From the NCBI GenBank assembly GCA_049976505.1, contig JBMFIC010000005.1, positions 3,315-67,314 on the forward strand: DNA of 64,000 nucleotides, in the 5' to 3' direction. Source of the stretch: Nitrososphaeria archaeon. Its GTDB lineage: Archaea > Thermoproteota > Nitrososphaeria > Conexivisphaerales > UBA164. The translations under genes were made by a program, and so were the position numbers. Positions 1 through 9,525 of this stretch are shown piece by piece (position 1 is the stretch's first letter; every line of letters begins with the position of its first letter). The notes beneath the pieces are model-generated. The model searched no databases, was not told the origin of the DNA, and saw nothing but the letters and a program-made list of their open reading frames with translations.

Positions 1-1162
1 ATATCTCGGCGGGTATCACGAAGGTGGTTGTGTTCGGTCCAAGGTTTATTGCGTAGAACGATAGCGCGAAGAGGGAAAAGGCAACCGGTGCATAGGTCAC
101 AAGGCTAAGCGTTGCTGCAGTTACCGCGTAAATCGCCGCCATCAGCGTAAATCCAAGCGTTTGCAGCGATTTTCTTCCCAGCCTGTCGATCAGGGCGACC
201 GCTGAGAAATACCCAGGAAGACCTACCAGATAGGGTAGACCGCCTAGAAATATGGCCAGCCTGAGGCTCTCCGCAGAAAGCCTTGGCAGGATTGAGCTCG
301 TAATGAAGGTCGAATAAACTCCGGTTCCGTAAAGGGCAATGTCCATTAGGAACCAGGTTGACGTGGTCACCAGAAGCGCCTTCCAGTACTGCCTGATGAA
401 CGAGGCCGTCGAGTATCTCCTGGTCCCAGAGGCCCTTATGCTCCCCTCAGGAACGTAGCTTATTCCCATGTATCTAGCAGCCCTCTCAAGCTCCTCAGCG
501 TTCCCCTTCACGTGATATGAGTATCTTGGCGTCTCGGGCATCCTCCTTCTTGCGTATATGACCGCCGCTCCGGGTATGGCGCCGAGACCAAGAACGGCCC
601 TCCAGGCGAGGGATGGAGGAAGGAGGTACGAGGATATTATCCCCGCAGCAACCACGCTCAGTATTCCCAGGCCCTGGTTCGAGAACACTAGGGCTATCAT
701 CTTCCCCCTGTCCTTTGCGTTGCCGTATTCAGAGGCAATAACTGAGGACACCGGATAATCGCCACCTATCCCTATTCCAAGGAGGGCCCTGGACGCGATA
801 AGCCAGTATATGTTTGGGGCCAAGGCCGAAAGGAGCGCCCCAACGCTCAGAAGAGCGGCCTCGAGGCCGTAGATCTTCTTCCTTCCTAGCCTGTCCGAGA
901 TGTAGCCGAAGAGAAGTTGCCCTATTATCGCGAAGAATATGGCCGATGTTGCCAGGTAAACTGAGAGGGGCATTCCGAGGAGCTTGAGATGCAGAGGAAA
1001 GCCGCTCTCAGGATAGACCGTGAGTATGTAGAGGACAACGCTTATGCTGAAGAGGTCATATGCGTCAGTAAAGAAGCCCATTCCTGCCACCATGGATATC
1101 CTGATATGCCTCCAAGTTAGCCTGAGCTCATCGAACTTACTTAACACGTGATCCTGGCTCAT
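1..1162 (-). CDS. MFS inorganic phosphate:H+ symporter, PHS/Pho84 type (N-terminal ~387 codons; C-terminus runs off left edge)
   Basis: Absent from ORF track (no stop in window). Reverse translation from ATG (1162..1160) reads MSQDHVLSKFDELRLTWRH..GFFTDAYDLF..GRKKIYGLE..GIGIGGDYPVSSVIASEY..NLGPNTTTFVIPAE. These are the signature blocks of Pho84-like transporters. Confidence 0.8.
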   Translation of the reverse strand, partial: MSQDHVLSKFDELRLTWRHIRISMVAGMGFFTDAYDLFSISVVLYILTVYPESGFPLHLKLLGMPLSVYLATSAIFFAIIGQLLFGYISDRLGRKKIYGLEAALLSVGALLSALAPNIYWLIASRALLGIGIGGDYPVSSVIASEYGNAKDRGKMIALVFSNQGLGILSVVAAGIISSYLLPPSLAWRAVLGLGAIPGAAVIYARRRMPETPRYSYHVKGNAEELERAARYMGISYVPEGSIRASGTRRYSTASFIRQYWKALLVTTSTWFLMDIALYGTGVYSTFITSSILPRLSAESLRLAIFLGGLPYLVGLPGYFSAVALIDRLGRKSLQTLGFTLMAAIYAVTAATLSLVTYAPVAFSLFALSFYAINLGPNTTTFVIPAEI

Positions 1163-1308
1163 GCGCTTGAGCTGGTATTTATCCTTTTAAGAATTACTTA
1201 TGTAAAAACAAAAGAATATAAATTTTTATTATGATAATTATCTATAATTATTTGAACGCCAAAAAGCGCCTTAAAAGGCTTAAATAATCTTCATGCGTGA
1301 ATTACGCT

Positions 1309-1770
1309 ATGACGATAAGGAGGGCCAACGAGTCTGACGTTCAGAGCCTAGCATTAATGTTCACGAAGATGTACCAGCTGAACTCCGAGTTCGACCCAAT
1401 GCTTCAGGTCGTCGACGACCTTTACCCGAAGGTTGAGAAGATGGTAAAGGACTCGCTCGGGGACAAGAACACTTTCATATTCGTATATGAGGAAAGCGGG
1501 GAGCTGGTCGGCGCCGTAAAGATAAGGCTTGTGGACAGGAAGTTCTACGTGCCGCAGATAGTAGCTCAAATAGACGAGTTCTACGTAATGCCGTCAAAGA
1601 GGAGATCCGGGGTTGGAAGGGAGCTTATAGCGTACGCGGAGCAGGAGCTGAAGAAGCTCGGCATCAAGCTCCTGATCGCCAGGTTCCCCTCGAAGAACGT
1701 TATAGCGACGTCGTTCTACCTTAAGAACGGGTTCAGGGAGGTCCACAACGAGTACGGGAAGTTCATCTGA
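1309..1770 (+). CDS. GNAT-family N-acetyltransferase
   Basis: Acetyl-CoA motif RRSGVGRELIAYAEQELKKLG. ATG 1309 lies ~25 nt after the TATA-like cttaaataat, so I prefer it to the track's GTG at 1297. Confidence 0.8.
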   Translation: MTIRRANESDVQSLALMFTKMYQLNSEFDPMLQVVDDLYPKVEKMVKDSLGDKNTFIFVYEESGELVGAVKIRLVDRKFYVPQIVAQIDEFYVMPSKRRSGVGRELIAYAEQELKKLGIKLLIARFPSKNVIATSFYLKNGFREVHNEYGKFI

Positions 1771-1816
1771 AAAAGGCCAACTAAGCTTATATCATAATAT
1801 TTTATTAAAGAGCAAC

Positions 1817-2323
1817 ATGGACGCCATAGAGGCAGTTTTAACCAAGATGGAGGTCAGGGAGTTCGCGCCCGAGGAGGTTCCATACGAAGTTCAGAAGAAG
1901 GTTCTCGAGGCTGGAAGGATGGCAGGAAGCGCCTACAACAGGCAGCCGTGGAGGTTCGTCCTGATAAACGACAGGGATCTCCTGAAGAAGGTTGGGGCCC
2001 TTGCAACCACTGGCCCCTACATATCCAAGGCCGCGTTCGCGGTTGCGGTATTCGTTGAGAAGGATAACCCATTCCATATAATAGACGGCACGAGGGCGGT
2101 TCAGAACATGATGATAGCAGGTTGGGCCCTTGGGCTCGGATCGGTATGGGTTCATGGCCTTGAAAGGGAGAAGATAGCTGAGCTTCTCAGGGCGCCATCA
2201 GACCTATACCTGCTGACCGTGGTTCCCTTCGGGAGGCCCGCAAGAAAGCTAAGGGGGAGGAAGTCGAGGAAGCCACTCAGCGAGATATCATACCTCAACC
2301 AGTTCGGGAACCCGCTTCCATGA
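1817..2323 (+). CDS. FMN nitroreductase-family protein
   Basis: 168 aa. NRQPWRFVLI motif and overall nitroreductase-fold pattern. Confidence 0.7.
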   Translation: MDAIEAVLTKMEVREFAPEEVPYEVQKKVLEAGRMAGSAYNRQPWRFVLINDRDLLKKVGALATTGPYISKAAFAVAVFVEKDNPFHIIDGTRAVQNMMIAGWALGLGSVWVHGLEREKIAELLRAPSDLYLLTVVPFGRPARKLRGRKSRKPLSEISYLNQFGNPLP

Positions 2324-2429
2324 GCTGGTCTAAAACTTTTTATAAAATAAGAGCGTTTACTTATTAAAAACAGGTCAACAAAATTTTACAACAATATATA
2401 TTTCTTCTTCTACCGAATAATCAGCTGGC

Positions 2430-4922
2430 ATGATAGAGTACGTGATAAAGAGGGATGGGAGGGTTGTAAAGTTTGACAGGAACAAGATAGTTGAGGCCGT
2501 GTGGAAGGCCGAGAAGGCCGTTGGGATCTTCGACAGGAGGATCGCGGAGGAGGTAGCGGACGCGGTTGTCCAGGAGCTGGAGCAGAAGGGCAGAACGCCC
2601 CACGTTGAGGAGATCCAGGACATAGTTGAGAAGAAGCTCGTTGAGAAGAACCAGTACAAGATAGCGAAGGCGTACATACTCTACAGACAGAAGAGGGCCG
2701 AGATAAGGGAGGAAAAGAAGAAGATACTCGGAAAGGACGTCATAGATGAGGTTGACAAGGTGTTCGACCTCAACGCGCTAAGGGTCCTGGCCAGCAGATA
2801 CCTTAAGAAGGATGAGAACGGCAAGATCGCAGAGACGCCAAAGCAGCTTTTCACCAGGGTTGCTGTGCACGTTGGGCTCCCTGAGATACTCTACGATCCC
2901 AGGGTCTACTCGAAGGACCCTGTGCAGCCGCAGCCCAGCGAGCAGCTTGACGAGAACGAGAAGATCGTCATAGGGAAGTACGAGCTGAACGTTTTCCACA
3001 AGAGGGCCCTGAAGGAGCTTTACGACAAGCTCAACGAGCAGGGCCACATAAAGGTGAAGTGGAGCGACCTTGTGAGGATGCTCAACGCAGGTGAGTTCAG
3101 GAACGTTGAGGAGATGATAGACAAGTTCTATGATCTCATGGTTTCAAAGAGGTTCCTGCCCAACACCCCTGCGCTGATCAACTTCGGATCCCACTATGGC
3201 ATGGGCTCAGCGTGCTTTGTCCTGGACATAGAGGACTCCCTTGAGAGCATAATGGACACGCTGAAGCAGGCAGCCCTGATATTCCAGGCTGGAGGGGGAG
3301 TCGGGTATAACTTCAGCAAGCTCAGGCCAGAGGGAGACGTCGTCAAGTCAACGGGCGGCATAGCGAGCGGCCCGATAAGCTTCATGAAGCTCTTCGACTT
3401 CATGACGGAGATAATAAAGCAGGGAGGCGTCAGGCGCGGGGCCAACATGGGCATCCTCAACATAAACCACCCGGATATACTAAAGTTCATCACGGCCAAG
3501 AAGGGGAACCAGGCGCTGAGGAACTTCAACATCTCGGTCCTCATATTCCCGGACTTCTGGGAGGCGCTTAACCAGGGCAAGAAGTACCCGCTGATAAACC
3601 CAAGGAACAACAAGGTCGTTGGGGAGGTCGACCCGCTTCAGGTTCTAGACCTCATAGCATATCAGGCCTGGGAGAGCGCTGAGCCGGGAGTCATATTCTA
3701 TGACAACGTGAACAGGTACAACCCGCTTCTCGAGGCTCTTGGGCCAATAGTTGCCACGAACCCGTGCGGCGAGGTCCTCCTCTATCCCAACGAATCCTGC
3801 AACCTCGGGAGCGTGAACGTCTGGGCATTCGTGAAGGAGAAGGACAACGGAGAGATAGAGTACGACTGGGACGGACTCAAGGAAACCGTGATGCTTGCAA
3901 CCAGATTCCTGGACAACGTGATCGAGATCAACAAGTACCCGCTCAAATCCATAGAGGAGATGACGAAGAAGACCAGGAAGGTTGGGCTTGGGGTGATGGG
4001 GGTCGCCGACCTTTTGTTCGAGCTCAGGCTTCCCTACGACAGCGAAGAGGGGAGGAAGTTCATGGAGAGGCTCATGGAGTTCATAAACTACTACTCCAAG
4101 GTTGAGTCAGTAAGGCTGGCGGAGGAGAGAGGCCCGTTCCCGCTCTTCCCGCAGAGCAGGTATGCAAAAGGGGAGCTGCCCTTCTCGGGCTTCTACGACA
4201 GGAGCTCCTGGCACTTCGATTGGGAGGCCCTTGCGGAGGAGATAAAGAGGAAGGGCATAAGGAACGCCTACACGACAGTTATAGCGCCCACGGGAAGCAT
4301 ATCTATGATTGCCGGAGCGAGCAGCGGAATAGAGCCAGTGTTTGCCCTGGTTTACGAGAAGGACGTGACGATAGGGAGCTTCCAGTACATGGACCCAGTG
4401 TTCGAGAAGGTCATGACGAAGCTTGGCATACTGGACGCCGAGCTCCTGAGGGACGTTATATCCAGAGGAGGAAAGCTGACAGGGATCAACTACATACCTG
4501 AGGACATAAAGAGGGTCTTCGTGACGGCGCTTGAGATATCGCCCGAGGACCACATAAAGGCCCAGGCAGCGTTCCAGAAGTGGGTTGACAGCTCGATATC
4601 AAAGACAGTGAACATGCCATCTTACATAACGCCGGAGGAGGTGAGACAGCTCATACTGATGGCCCACGACCTCGGAATAAAGGACCTGACCGTCTACCGT
4701 GACAAGTCCCTTCAGGTGCAGGTCCTGAAGGCCCCGGAGGCAAAGGAGCAGGAAAAGGCAAAGGAGGAGAGGCCTAAGCCAAAGGTGCAGGTAGCCCTGG
4801 TGGCAGCTGCCTCAGGAACAGCCGAGCAGGAAACTTGCCCCGTCTGCGGATCAAAGCTGGTATTCAAGGAGGGATGCGCGACCTGCCCTATATGCGGATG
4901 GAGCGCCTGCGCCTCCGCCTAG
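2430..4922 (+). CDS. nrdJ: Ribonucleoside-diphosphate/triphosphate reductase, class II (adenosylcobalamin-dependent) with N-terminal ATP-cone
   Basis: 830 aa. ATP-cone start ([16 protein letters not shown]), active-site TNPCGE, C-terminal [14 protein letters not shown] zinc ribbon. No NrdB or glycyl-radical motif. Confidence 0.85.
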   Translation: MIEYVIKRDGRVVKFDRNKIVEAVWKAEKAVGIFDRRIAEEVADAVVQELEQKGRTPHVEEIQDIVEKKLVEKNQYKIAKAYILYRQKRAEIREEKKKILGKDVIDEVDKVFDLNALRVLASRYLKKDENGKIAETPKQLFTRVAVHVGLPEILYDPRVYSKDPVQPQPSEQLDENEKIVIGKYELNVFHKRALKELYDKLNEQGHIKVKWSDLVRMLNAGEFRNVEEMIDKFYDLMVSKRFLPNTPALINFGSHYGMGSACFVLDIEDSLESIMDTLKQAALIFQAGGGVGYNFSKLRPEGDVVKSTGGIASGPISFMKLFDFMTEIIKQGGVRRGANMGILNINHPDILKFITAKKGNQALRNFNISVLIFPDFWEALNQGKKYPLINPRNNKVVGEVDPLQVLDLIAYQAWESAEPGVIFYDNVNRYNPLLEALGPIVATNPCGEVLLYPNESCNLGSVNVWAFVKEKDNGEIEYDWDGLKETVMLATRFLDNVIEINKYPLKSIEEMTKKTRKVGLGVMGVADLLFELRLPYDSEEGRKFMERLMEFINYYSKVESVRLAEERGPFPLFPQSRYAKGELPFSGFYDRSSWHFDWEALAEEIKRKGIRNAYTTVIAPTGSISMIAGASSGIEPVFALVYEKDVTIGSFQYMDPVFEKVMTKLGILDAELLRDVISRGGKLTGINYIPEDIKRVFVTALEISPEDHIKAQAAFQKWVDSSISKTVNMPSYITPEEVRQLILMAHDLGIKDLTVYRDKSLQVQVLKAPEAKEQEKAKEERPKPKVQVALVAAASGTAEQETCPVCGSKLVFKEGCATCPICGWSACASA

Positions 4923-6574
4923 TAGATCAGGGCTGCTATGAAAAGAGCCAGCAGCGCGATGCCGTAGTACCTGAACCTGCTGATCGAGAAGGCCATGGAG
5001 GCCCTCAGCTTGTCCAGCCCATCCTTCCCGAGGACGTTTATTTCATTGTCCCACTCCAGTAGCTCAGCCTTTGCGGGCCTCAGGTCATCCCCGGCCTCCC
5101 TTATTCTTTTTACCAGAAGATAGGGATCGGTCAGCTCACCGAAGGCCCAGTACCCCTTTTTGTTTGTGATCGTCTTTATCACGTGGGTGTCCGTAGTCAC
5201 CAGCAGGTACCCGGTCTCCCTGTAGACGATCTCTGAGGCCTGGGGAGTTGAGTTGTTTGAGTCGACGCTGACCAGCCTCAGCTCAGACCTGCCGTCCGAT
5301 ATCCTTATGAGCTGAGCCCCGCAAGCGCCTATCTCGTTCATGCCGCTACACAGGAGGCTCCTGAAGCCCAGGTAGAGGGAGCTGCTTGCTGGCTCGGGAA
5401 AGCTCTCATGAAGAACGCTCTCGAAGGGGACGCTGTTGACGAACGTGGATAGCTTGTTGTGCGCGTCCACCAGTATCAGGGGCCTGTCCCTCCTCGAGTT
5501 GACCTCGTAGTACCTCTGCATAAAGCCCATGGGAAAGTCATCCATGGGGGTCCTCGGGTTCACTATAACGAAGTCGAACGCATCGGATGAGACCCCGAGG
5601 AGCTGAAAGAACTGGTTCTCCTTCGAGAAGACCGTGAAGAGGCTCGCCCTCCTGACGGCCGGAGGGGAGTCGAGCTGCCTGAGGTACTCCTGAACGGATC
5701 TTCTTGAGGGAAGGTTCATGTCGTGGTTGGATGGGGAGTGAAGGACCACGACGTTCGCGTATCCCCTCGATCTGAAAAAGTCGCAGAGAACCTCAGTTAT
5801 GTTCGCGCTTCCAGCGCTCCTGAAGGGACCCGGATGGACCGGAGGCACCACAATGCACGTCCTTTCGCCTCTTTCGTCCTCAAAGCTGAGGCAGTAGGTT
5901 CTGGCCCTTACCCTGGAGGAGAAGCTCTCCATGAGCTCCTCAAACCCGTCGGCGTATTCAACGATCCACGCGTCAAGGACCCTCTGCATCAGGTTAGAGA
6001 GCTTTACTCCAACGACCCTCCTGGTGAACCTGTCGACGGCGTAGAAGAAGAGTGCCGTTATGGCGAATGCGGCGGCCCAGAAGTAAAGCTCAACGACGCT
6101 GAGGGACCTCAGAATAGCCCTGTATACTGGGAGCAGGAGAAAGAAGAAGTAGACCAGGAGGCCGAGGAGCGGCTCGGCCCTCCTCTCGAGAAACTCGCCC
6201 CTCAGGATCACGTACGAAAGGCTGAAGTCGGCCGAGAGGGCGCTTATGTATCCCTGCATAGGCCTTCCGAGGGCCACGAATAGAGCGGTGATGAAGAAGG
6301 TCACAAGGAGAAAGAAGGAGTGCGTCGCCGAGACCCTCCTTATGGTCGCGAAAGAAACCCTCCTGCCTGCGTAGTACCTTACAGCAAAGAGGTAGACCAG
6401 GACCCCAATCAGGCTCACGGCTATTAGATGGGGATCCCCGTGGAACCTGAGAACGAGAACGGCCTGAGTCAGGACGAAGATAGCCATGTGAAACGCAGGC
6501 AGAATTAGCCTGTTAGAGGGAAGGCTGAAGACTAGCTTGACTATGGTCGAGACGTTCTGGTTGATCCTCTGCAA
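4919..6574 (-). CDS. Polytopic membrane protein with large soluble domain (DUF2070-like, function unknown)
   Basis: 551 aa. About 6 N-terminal TM helices, a soluble region with HPGPFRSAGSANI, and a C-terminal TM. TTG start as given by the track; true start uncertain. Family name is from memory only. Confidence 0.5.
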   Translation of the reverse strand: MQRINQNVSTIVKLVFSLPSNRLILPAFHMAIFVLTQAVLVLRFHGDPHLIAVSLIGVLVYLFAVRYYAGRRVSFATIRRVSATHSFFLLVTFFITALFVALGRPMQGYISALSADFSLSYVILRGEFLERRAEPLLGLLVYFFFLLLPVYRAILRSLSVVELYFWAAAFAITALFFYAVDRFTRRVVGVKLSNLMQRVLDAWIVEYADGFEELMESFSSRVRARTYCLSFEDERGERTCIVVPPVHPGPFRSAGSANITEVLCDFFRSRGYANVVVLHSPSNHDMNLPSRRSVQEYLRQLDSPPAVRRASLFTVFSKENQFFQLLGVSSDAFDFVIVNPRTPMDDFPMGFMQRYYEVNSRRDRPLILVDAHNKLSTFVNSVPFESVLHESFPEPASSSLYLGFRSLLCSGMNEIGACGAQLIRISDGRSELRLVSVDSNNSTPQASEIVYRETGYLLVTTDTHVIKTITNKKGYWAFGELTDPYLLVKRIREAGDDLRPAKAELLEWDNEINVLGKDGLDKLRASMAFSISRFRYYGIALLALFIAALIY

Positions 6575-6578
6575 CTCC

Positions 6579-6746
6579 TTACACTGGCTTCAGCACAAGC
6601 AGCGCAACCGAGACTACCACGAACCCGATTGTGAAAGCTAGGATAAGCTCAGGGGTAACCTTAATCCCGGGCTCATCGGTGTTGTAGAACGAGATAAGCC
6701 CAGCGCTGGAGAGCGGCATAACTGTCCTCTTCTTCTTGGTGCTCAT
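6579..6746 (-). CDS. Preprotein translocase subunit Sec61beta (archaeal SecG)
   Basis: 55-aa ORF below the track cutoff: MSTKKKRTVMPLSSAGLISFYNTDEPGIKVTPELILAFTIGFVVVSVALLVLKPV. It has the conserved SAGL(I/V)xxY..K(V/I)xPE block plus a single C-terminal TM. A TATA-like aaaataaatat lies ~25-35 nt upstream. Confidence 0.8.
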   Translation of the reverse strand: MSTKKKRTVMPLSSAGLISFYNTDEPGIKVTPELILAFTIGFVVVSVALLVLKPV

Positions 6747-6794
6747 TGTAGATCATTTTAGCAGGCGCATATTTATTTTTAACCGTTCATCCCT

Positions 6795-7619
6795 TTATCT
6801 GTAGTGGGAGGATATGAGCCTGTAGTCCTCCTCGCTGAGCCTCCAGCCCATGGCCCCCGCGTTCTCCCTGATGTGCTCCTTCCTCTCGGCCTTTGGTATC
6901 GCTATAACAGGCTCCCTGTAGATCAGCCAGTTCAGGGCAACCTGCACCGCGGTCTTCCCGTACCTGCTCCCTATTTTAGATAGGAACTGGTCCCCGGCAA
7001 GCGTCCCCTTGTCTATGGGCGTGTAGGCTATGAGAGCTATCTTCTCCCTCTCGCAGTAGGGCAGGAGCTCCTTCTCCGGCTCCCTGTAGCTGAGGCTGTA
7101 CCTCACCTCATCAGCCACTATTTCGCTCCTTGGCATTTCCTCCCTCGCCCTGATCAGAAGCTGAAGGTCGAAGTTGCTTACCCCTGCGTACCTTATCTTT
7201 CCATCGTCTATGAGCTGCTGCATGGCCGAGAGGGTTTCCCTGAGGGGAACCCTCTCGTTGGGCCAGTGTATCAGGTAAAGGTCGATGTAGGTAACGCCTA
7301 GCCTTTCAAGGGACCTCTGGGCCGCGTACAGGACCTGATCCCTCTCCAGGTGCGTGTACCAGACCTTGGTTATTATGAAGACCTCATCCCTGCCGTAGTT
7401 CTTTATCGCCTGCCCGACGAGCTCCTCCGAGTGCCCCTGCCCGTAGAACTCAGCCGTATCGATGAGCCTGATCCCGCTGTCAACAGCGTACCTTATGGCC
7501 TCAATCCACTCGCTGTCCCTCGAGTGATCGGGTGAGGTCTTGCCCCCAATGCCCCAAGTGCCGAGCCCTATCGCTGTGACCCTGTCCTCCCCTATCCTCT
7601 TGTAGTCCTCTGAAATCAT
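6795..7619 (-). CDS. Aldo/keto reductase
   Basis: AKR pattern GLGTWGIGG..IDTAEFYG..ITKVW..LIHWP. Start trimmed to ATG 7619 (MISEDYKRIG). The track's 352-aa form adds a non-homologous 78-aa extension. Confidence 0.85.
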   Translation of the reverse strand: MISEDYKRIGEDRVTAIGLGTWGIGGKTSPDHSRDSEWIEAIRYAVDSGIRLIDTAEFYGQGHSEELVGQAIKNYGRDEVFIITKVWYTHLERDQVLYAAQRSLERLGVTYIDLYLIHWPNERVPLRETLSAMQQLIDDGKIRYAGVSNFDLQLLIRAREEMPRSEIVADEVRYSLSYREPEKELLPYCEREKIALIAYTPIDKGTLAGDQFLSKIGSRYGKTAVQVALNWLIYREPVIAIPKAERKEHIRENAGAMGWRLSEEDYRLISSHYR

Positions 7620-7794
7620 AGCTATAATGAAAAAAGCGTCAATAAAAGCTTGGCGCTCCGAGCCAGGCAAAGCTGAAAACGCGAATGGGGCGGGAGCCAG
7701 CATGTAGAGAAAGGTTTTTATTTTGATGCGCTTATCACATGAGCGATTGATCCAGGAAGGAAGACCATCTGAACTGAGCACCGGCAAGAGGCCC

Positions 7795-8016
7795 ATGGAC
7801 GAGCTTCTCAGCCTCAGAGAAAGGGTAGTGGTGGTCAAGCTGAAGAACGGCATGAGCTACAGGGGTATGCTTCTCAAGGTTGACAACTACATGAACATAT
7901 ACCTGCAGAACGCGGAGGAGTTCGACGAGAACGGAAAGATGATAGCCTCCTACGGGGACGTTATAATAAGGGGCAACAACATCCTTTACGTTGAGATACC
8001 TACGATAAGCCTCTAG
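7795..8016 (+). CDS. Sm-like (LSm) archaeal RNA-binding protein
   Basis: Sm1/Sm2 motifs (VVVKLKNGMSYRGMLLKVDNYMNIYL..VIIRGNNILYV). Start set at ATG 7795 (MDELLSL); the upstream part of the track ORF overlaps the promoter. Confidence 0.85.
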   Translation: MDELLSLRERVVVVKLKNGMSYRGMLLKVDNYMNIYLQNAEEFDENGKMIASYGDVIIRGNNILYVEIPTISL

Positions 8017-8692
8017 ATCCCGAAAGCCTGTTCACTATGTCCCTGAAGAAGCCGAGAAGCGTTAGCATGTCCCTTTCATCATCGAGCCTGTTAAGGGCTA
8101 TGTCCCTGTAGAGCTTGAGAACCCTGAACTTCCTGTGCTCCTCCAGCCCAACGCTCTTAGCTATTGCATCTATATACCCGAGGAGCGCGTCCACCTCCTC
8201 CCTCTTTACCCTGACCTTCCTGACCCTGATCCTGCTCTGCATTGTCCTCCACACGTAGAGAAGAACCGCGAGGCTGTGGGAGATGTTCATTGCGGGGTAC
8301 TCCTCGCTAGTTGGTATCCTTATCAGGTCGTCGCATTTTGCTATCTCCTCGTTCGTGAGGCCGGTGGTGTCCCTTCCGAGGATCAGGAGCACCTTTCTGT
8401 GCCTCAGGGCGTACCTGAAGGACTCCTCAGGGTACCTTGCCCTCCTTATGACGGTCCTCCAGTCCTTGCTGGCAAGGGCCGACGTGGCTATCCTGTAGTC
8501 GAAGAGCTTCAGGGCCTCCTCGAAGCTCATGAGCTTCGCGTTCTCCAGCACGTCCCCCGCGTGGGAGGCGAACCTGAAGGCCCCCTCAGGTATCCTGTCG
8601 ATCCCCGTTATTATCAGCTCGTGAACGCCGAAGTTCTTCATGGTCCTGGCCACGTAGCCTATGTTTATGGCGTACTTGGGCTCCACCATCAT
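8000..8692 (-). CDS. SpoU/TrmH-family RNA 2'-O-methyltransferase (TrmJ-like)
   Basis: NIGYVARTMKNFG..LILGRDTTGLTNEE..IPTSEEYPAMNISHS are SPOUT motifs. ATG 8692 (MMVEPKY) chosen; a TATA-like cttaaaaatag lies upstream. Confidence 0.8.
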   Translation of the reverse strand: MMVEPKYAINIGYVARTMKNFGVHELIITGIDRIPEGAFRFASHAGDVLENAKLMSFEEALKLFDYRIATSALASKDWRTVIRRARYPEESFRYALRHRKVLLILGRDTTGLTNEEIAKCDDLIRIPTSEEYPAMNISHSLAVLLYVWRTMQSRIRVRKVRVKREEVDALLGYIDAIAKSVGLEEHRKFRVLKLYRDIALNRLDDERDMLTLLGFFRDIVNRLSGSRGLS

Positions 8693-8741
8693 AACCGAAA
8701 GGCTGGTTCCCTCGCTCAACAGCTATTTTTAAGCCTGAACG

Positions 8742-9296
8742 TTATTTAAGCCGTTCATCCCTGGCCCCCTGCCTCAGCCAGGCCTCGTACGCTCTTACGC
8801 ATTCCTCCTGGACCCTGTCGGATACGGATCCCCTCCTGAGGCTCCTTATCCTTCTCAGCGCCTCGTCTGAGCTCAGCCCCGCGGAGTATATCAGGTAGCA
8901 GGAGAGGACCATCCCGGTTCTCCCCAGTCCTGCCGAGCAGTGCACCAGCGTCCTTCCCCTCTTAAGCGATTCGCTTACAGCCAGGACGGCCTCGTGGATC
9001 CTCTCAGGGGGCTGCGGATGGCCGTTTTTCATGGGAATCCATATCTCCTCGATGCCCTCGTGTCCAAGCCTCCTTTCAGTGAGGTTCACAACGGTCCTGA
9101 TCCCCTTCCTCCTGAGCCACTCGGACGCCCTCCTTCCATAGGGTATCCCCGATGCAAAGAGATCCCCCTCGACCCTTGAGAAGTTGGAGGGCCTTCCGAG
9201 GACCAGGGAGAGGAGGATCCTCCAGAGGTCCGAGAGCCTCAGCTGGAGCCCCCTGAGCCTTCTTGGCCTTTGCTGCGAGCAGCCTGTGAAGCTCAA
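8742..9296 (-). CDS. Dual-specificity/Cys-based protein phosphatase
   Basis: CX5R P-loop HCSAGLGRTG. 184 aa; TTG start as in the track. Confidence 0.8.
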   Translation of the reverse strand: MSFTGCSQQRPRRLRGLQLRLSDLWRILLSLVLGRPSNFSRVEGDLFASGIPYGRRASEWLRRKGIRTVVNLTERRLGHEGIEEIWIPMKNGHPQPPERIHEAVLAVSESLKRGRTLVHCSAGLGRTGMVLSCYLIYSAGLSSDEALRRIRSLRRGSVSDRVQEECVRAYEAWLRQGARDERLK

Positions 9297-9525
9297 GCCA
9301 ACGTGACTATGTTTGATAACTTATTTGACCTCTTCCCCGCCCCGAAGGGCGAGTGTTCCCGAGGTCTCGAGGGTTACTCCCCTTAGCGGGAGCTGCTGAG
9401 CTAATAAACGCCGGGCACATATTTAAGTTTTTGCCGCTTTCATCTCCGCCGTAAAAGGTGAAGCTTTCAACTTATGTAATAAATTTTAAAAAGCCCTCGA
9501 ATGATTATATAGTTAGGTGGTTTTG

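Noticed and set aside
558-758. 66-aa plus-strand ORF at the left edge.
   Set aside because: It lies antisense inside the Pho84-type transporter gene, which reads through on the minus strand.
3764-4105. 113-aa Arg/Gly/Glu-rich plus-strand ORF in an alternative frame of nrdJ. A similar case lies at 4220..4501.
   Set aside because: It is an out-of-frame overlap with a highly conserved RNR coding frame and has low-complexity composition.
7620-7853. 78-codon N-terminal extension of the aldo/keto reductase ORF. Analogous extensions occur for the Sm (7723..7794), UPF0147 (53989..54165), S-layer-like (54056..54112), scpB (45799..45843), fdrA-like (48471..48500) and pth2 (51420..51434) ORFs.
   Set aside because: The extensions are not homologous to the families, run through AT-rich promoter/TATA sequence or the divergent neighbour, and a well-placed internal ATG reproduces the canonical N-terminus.
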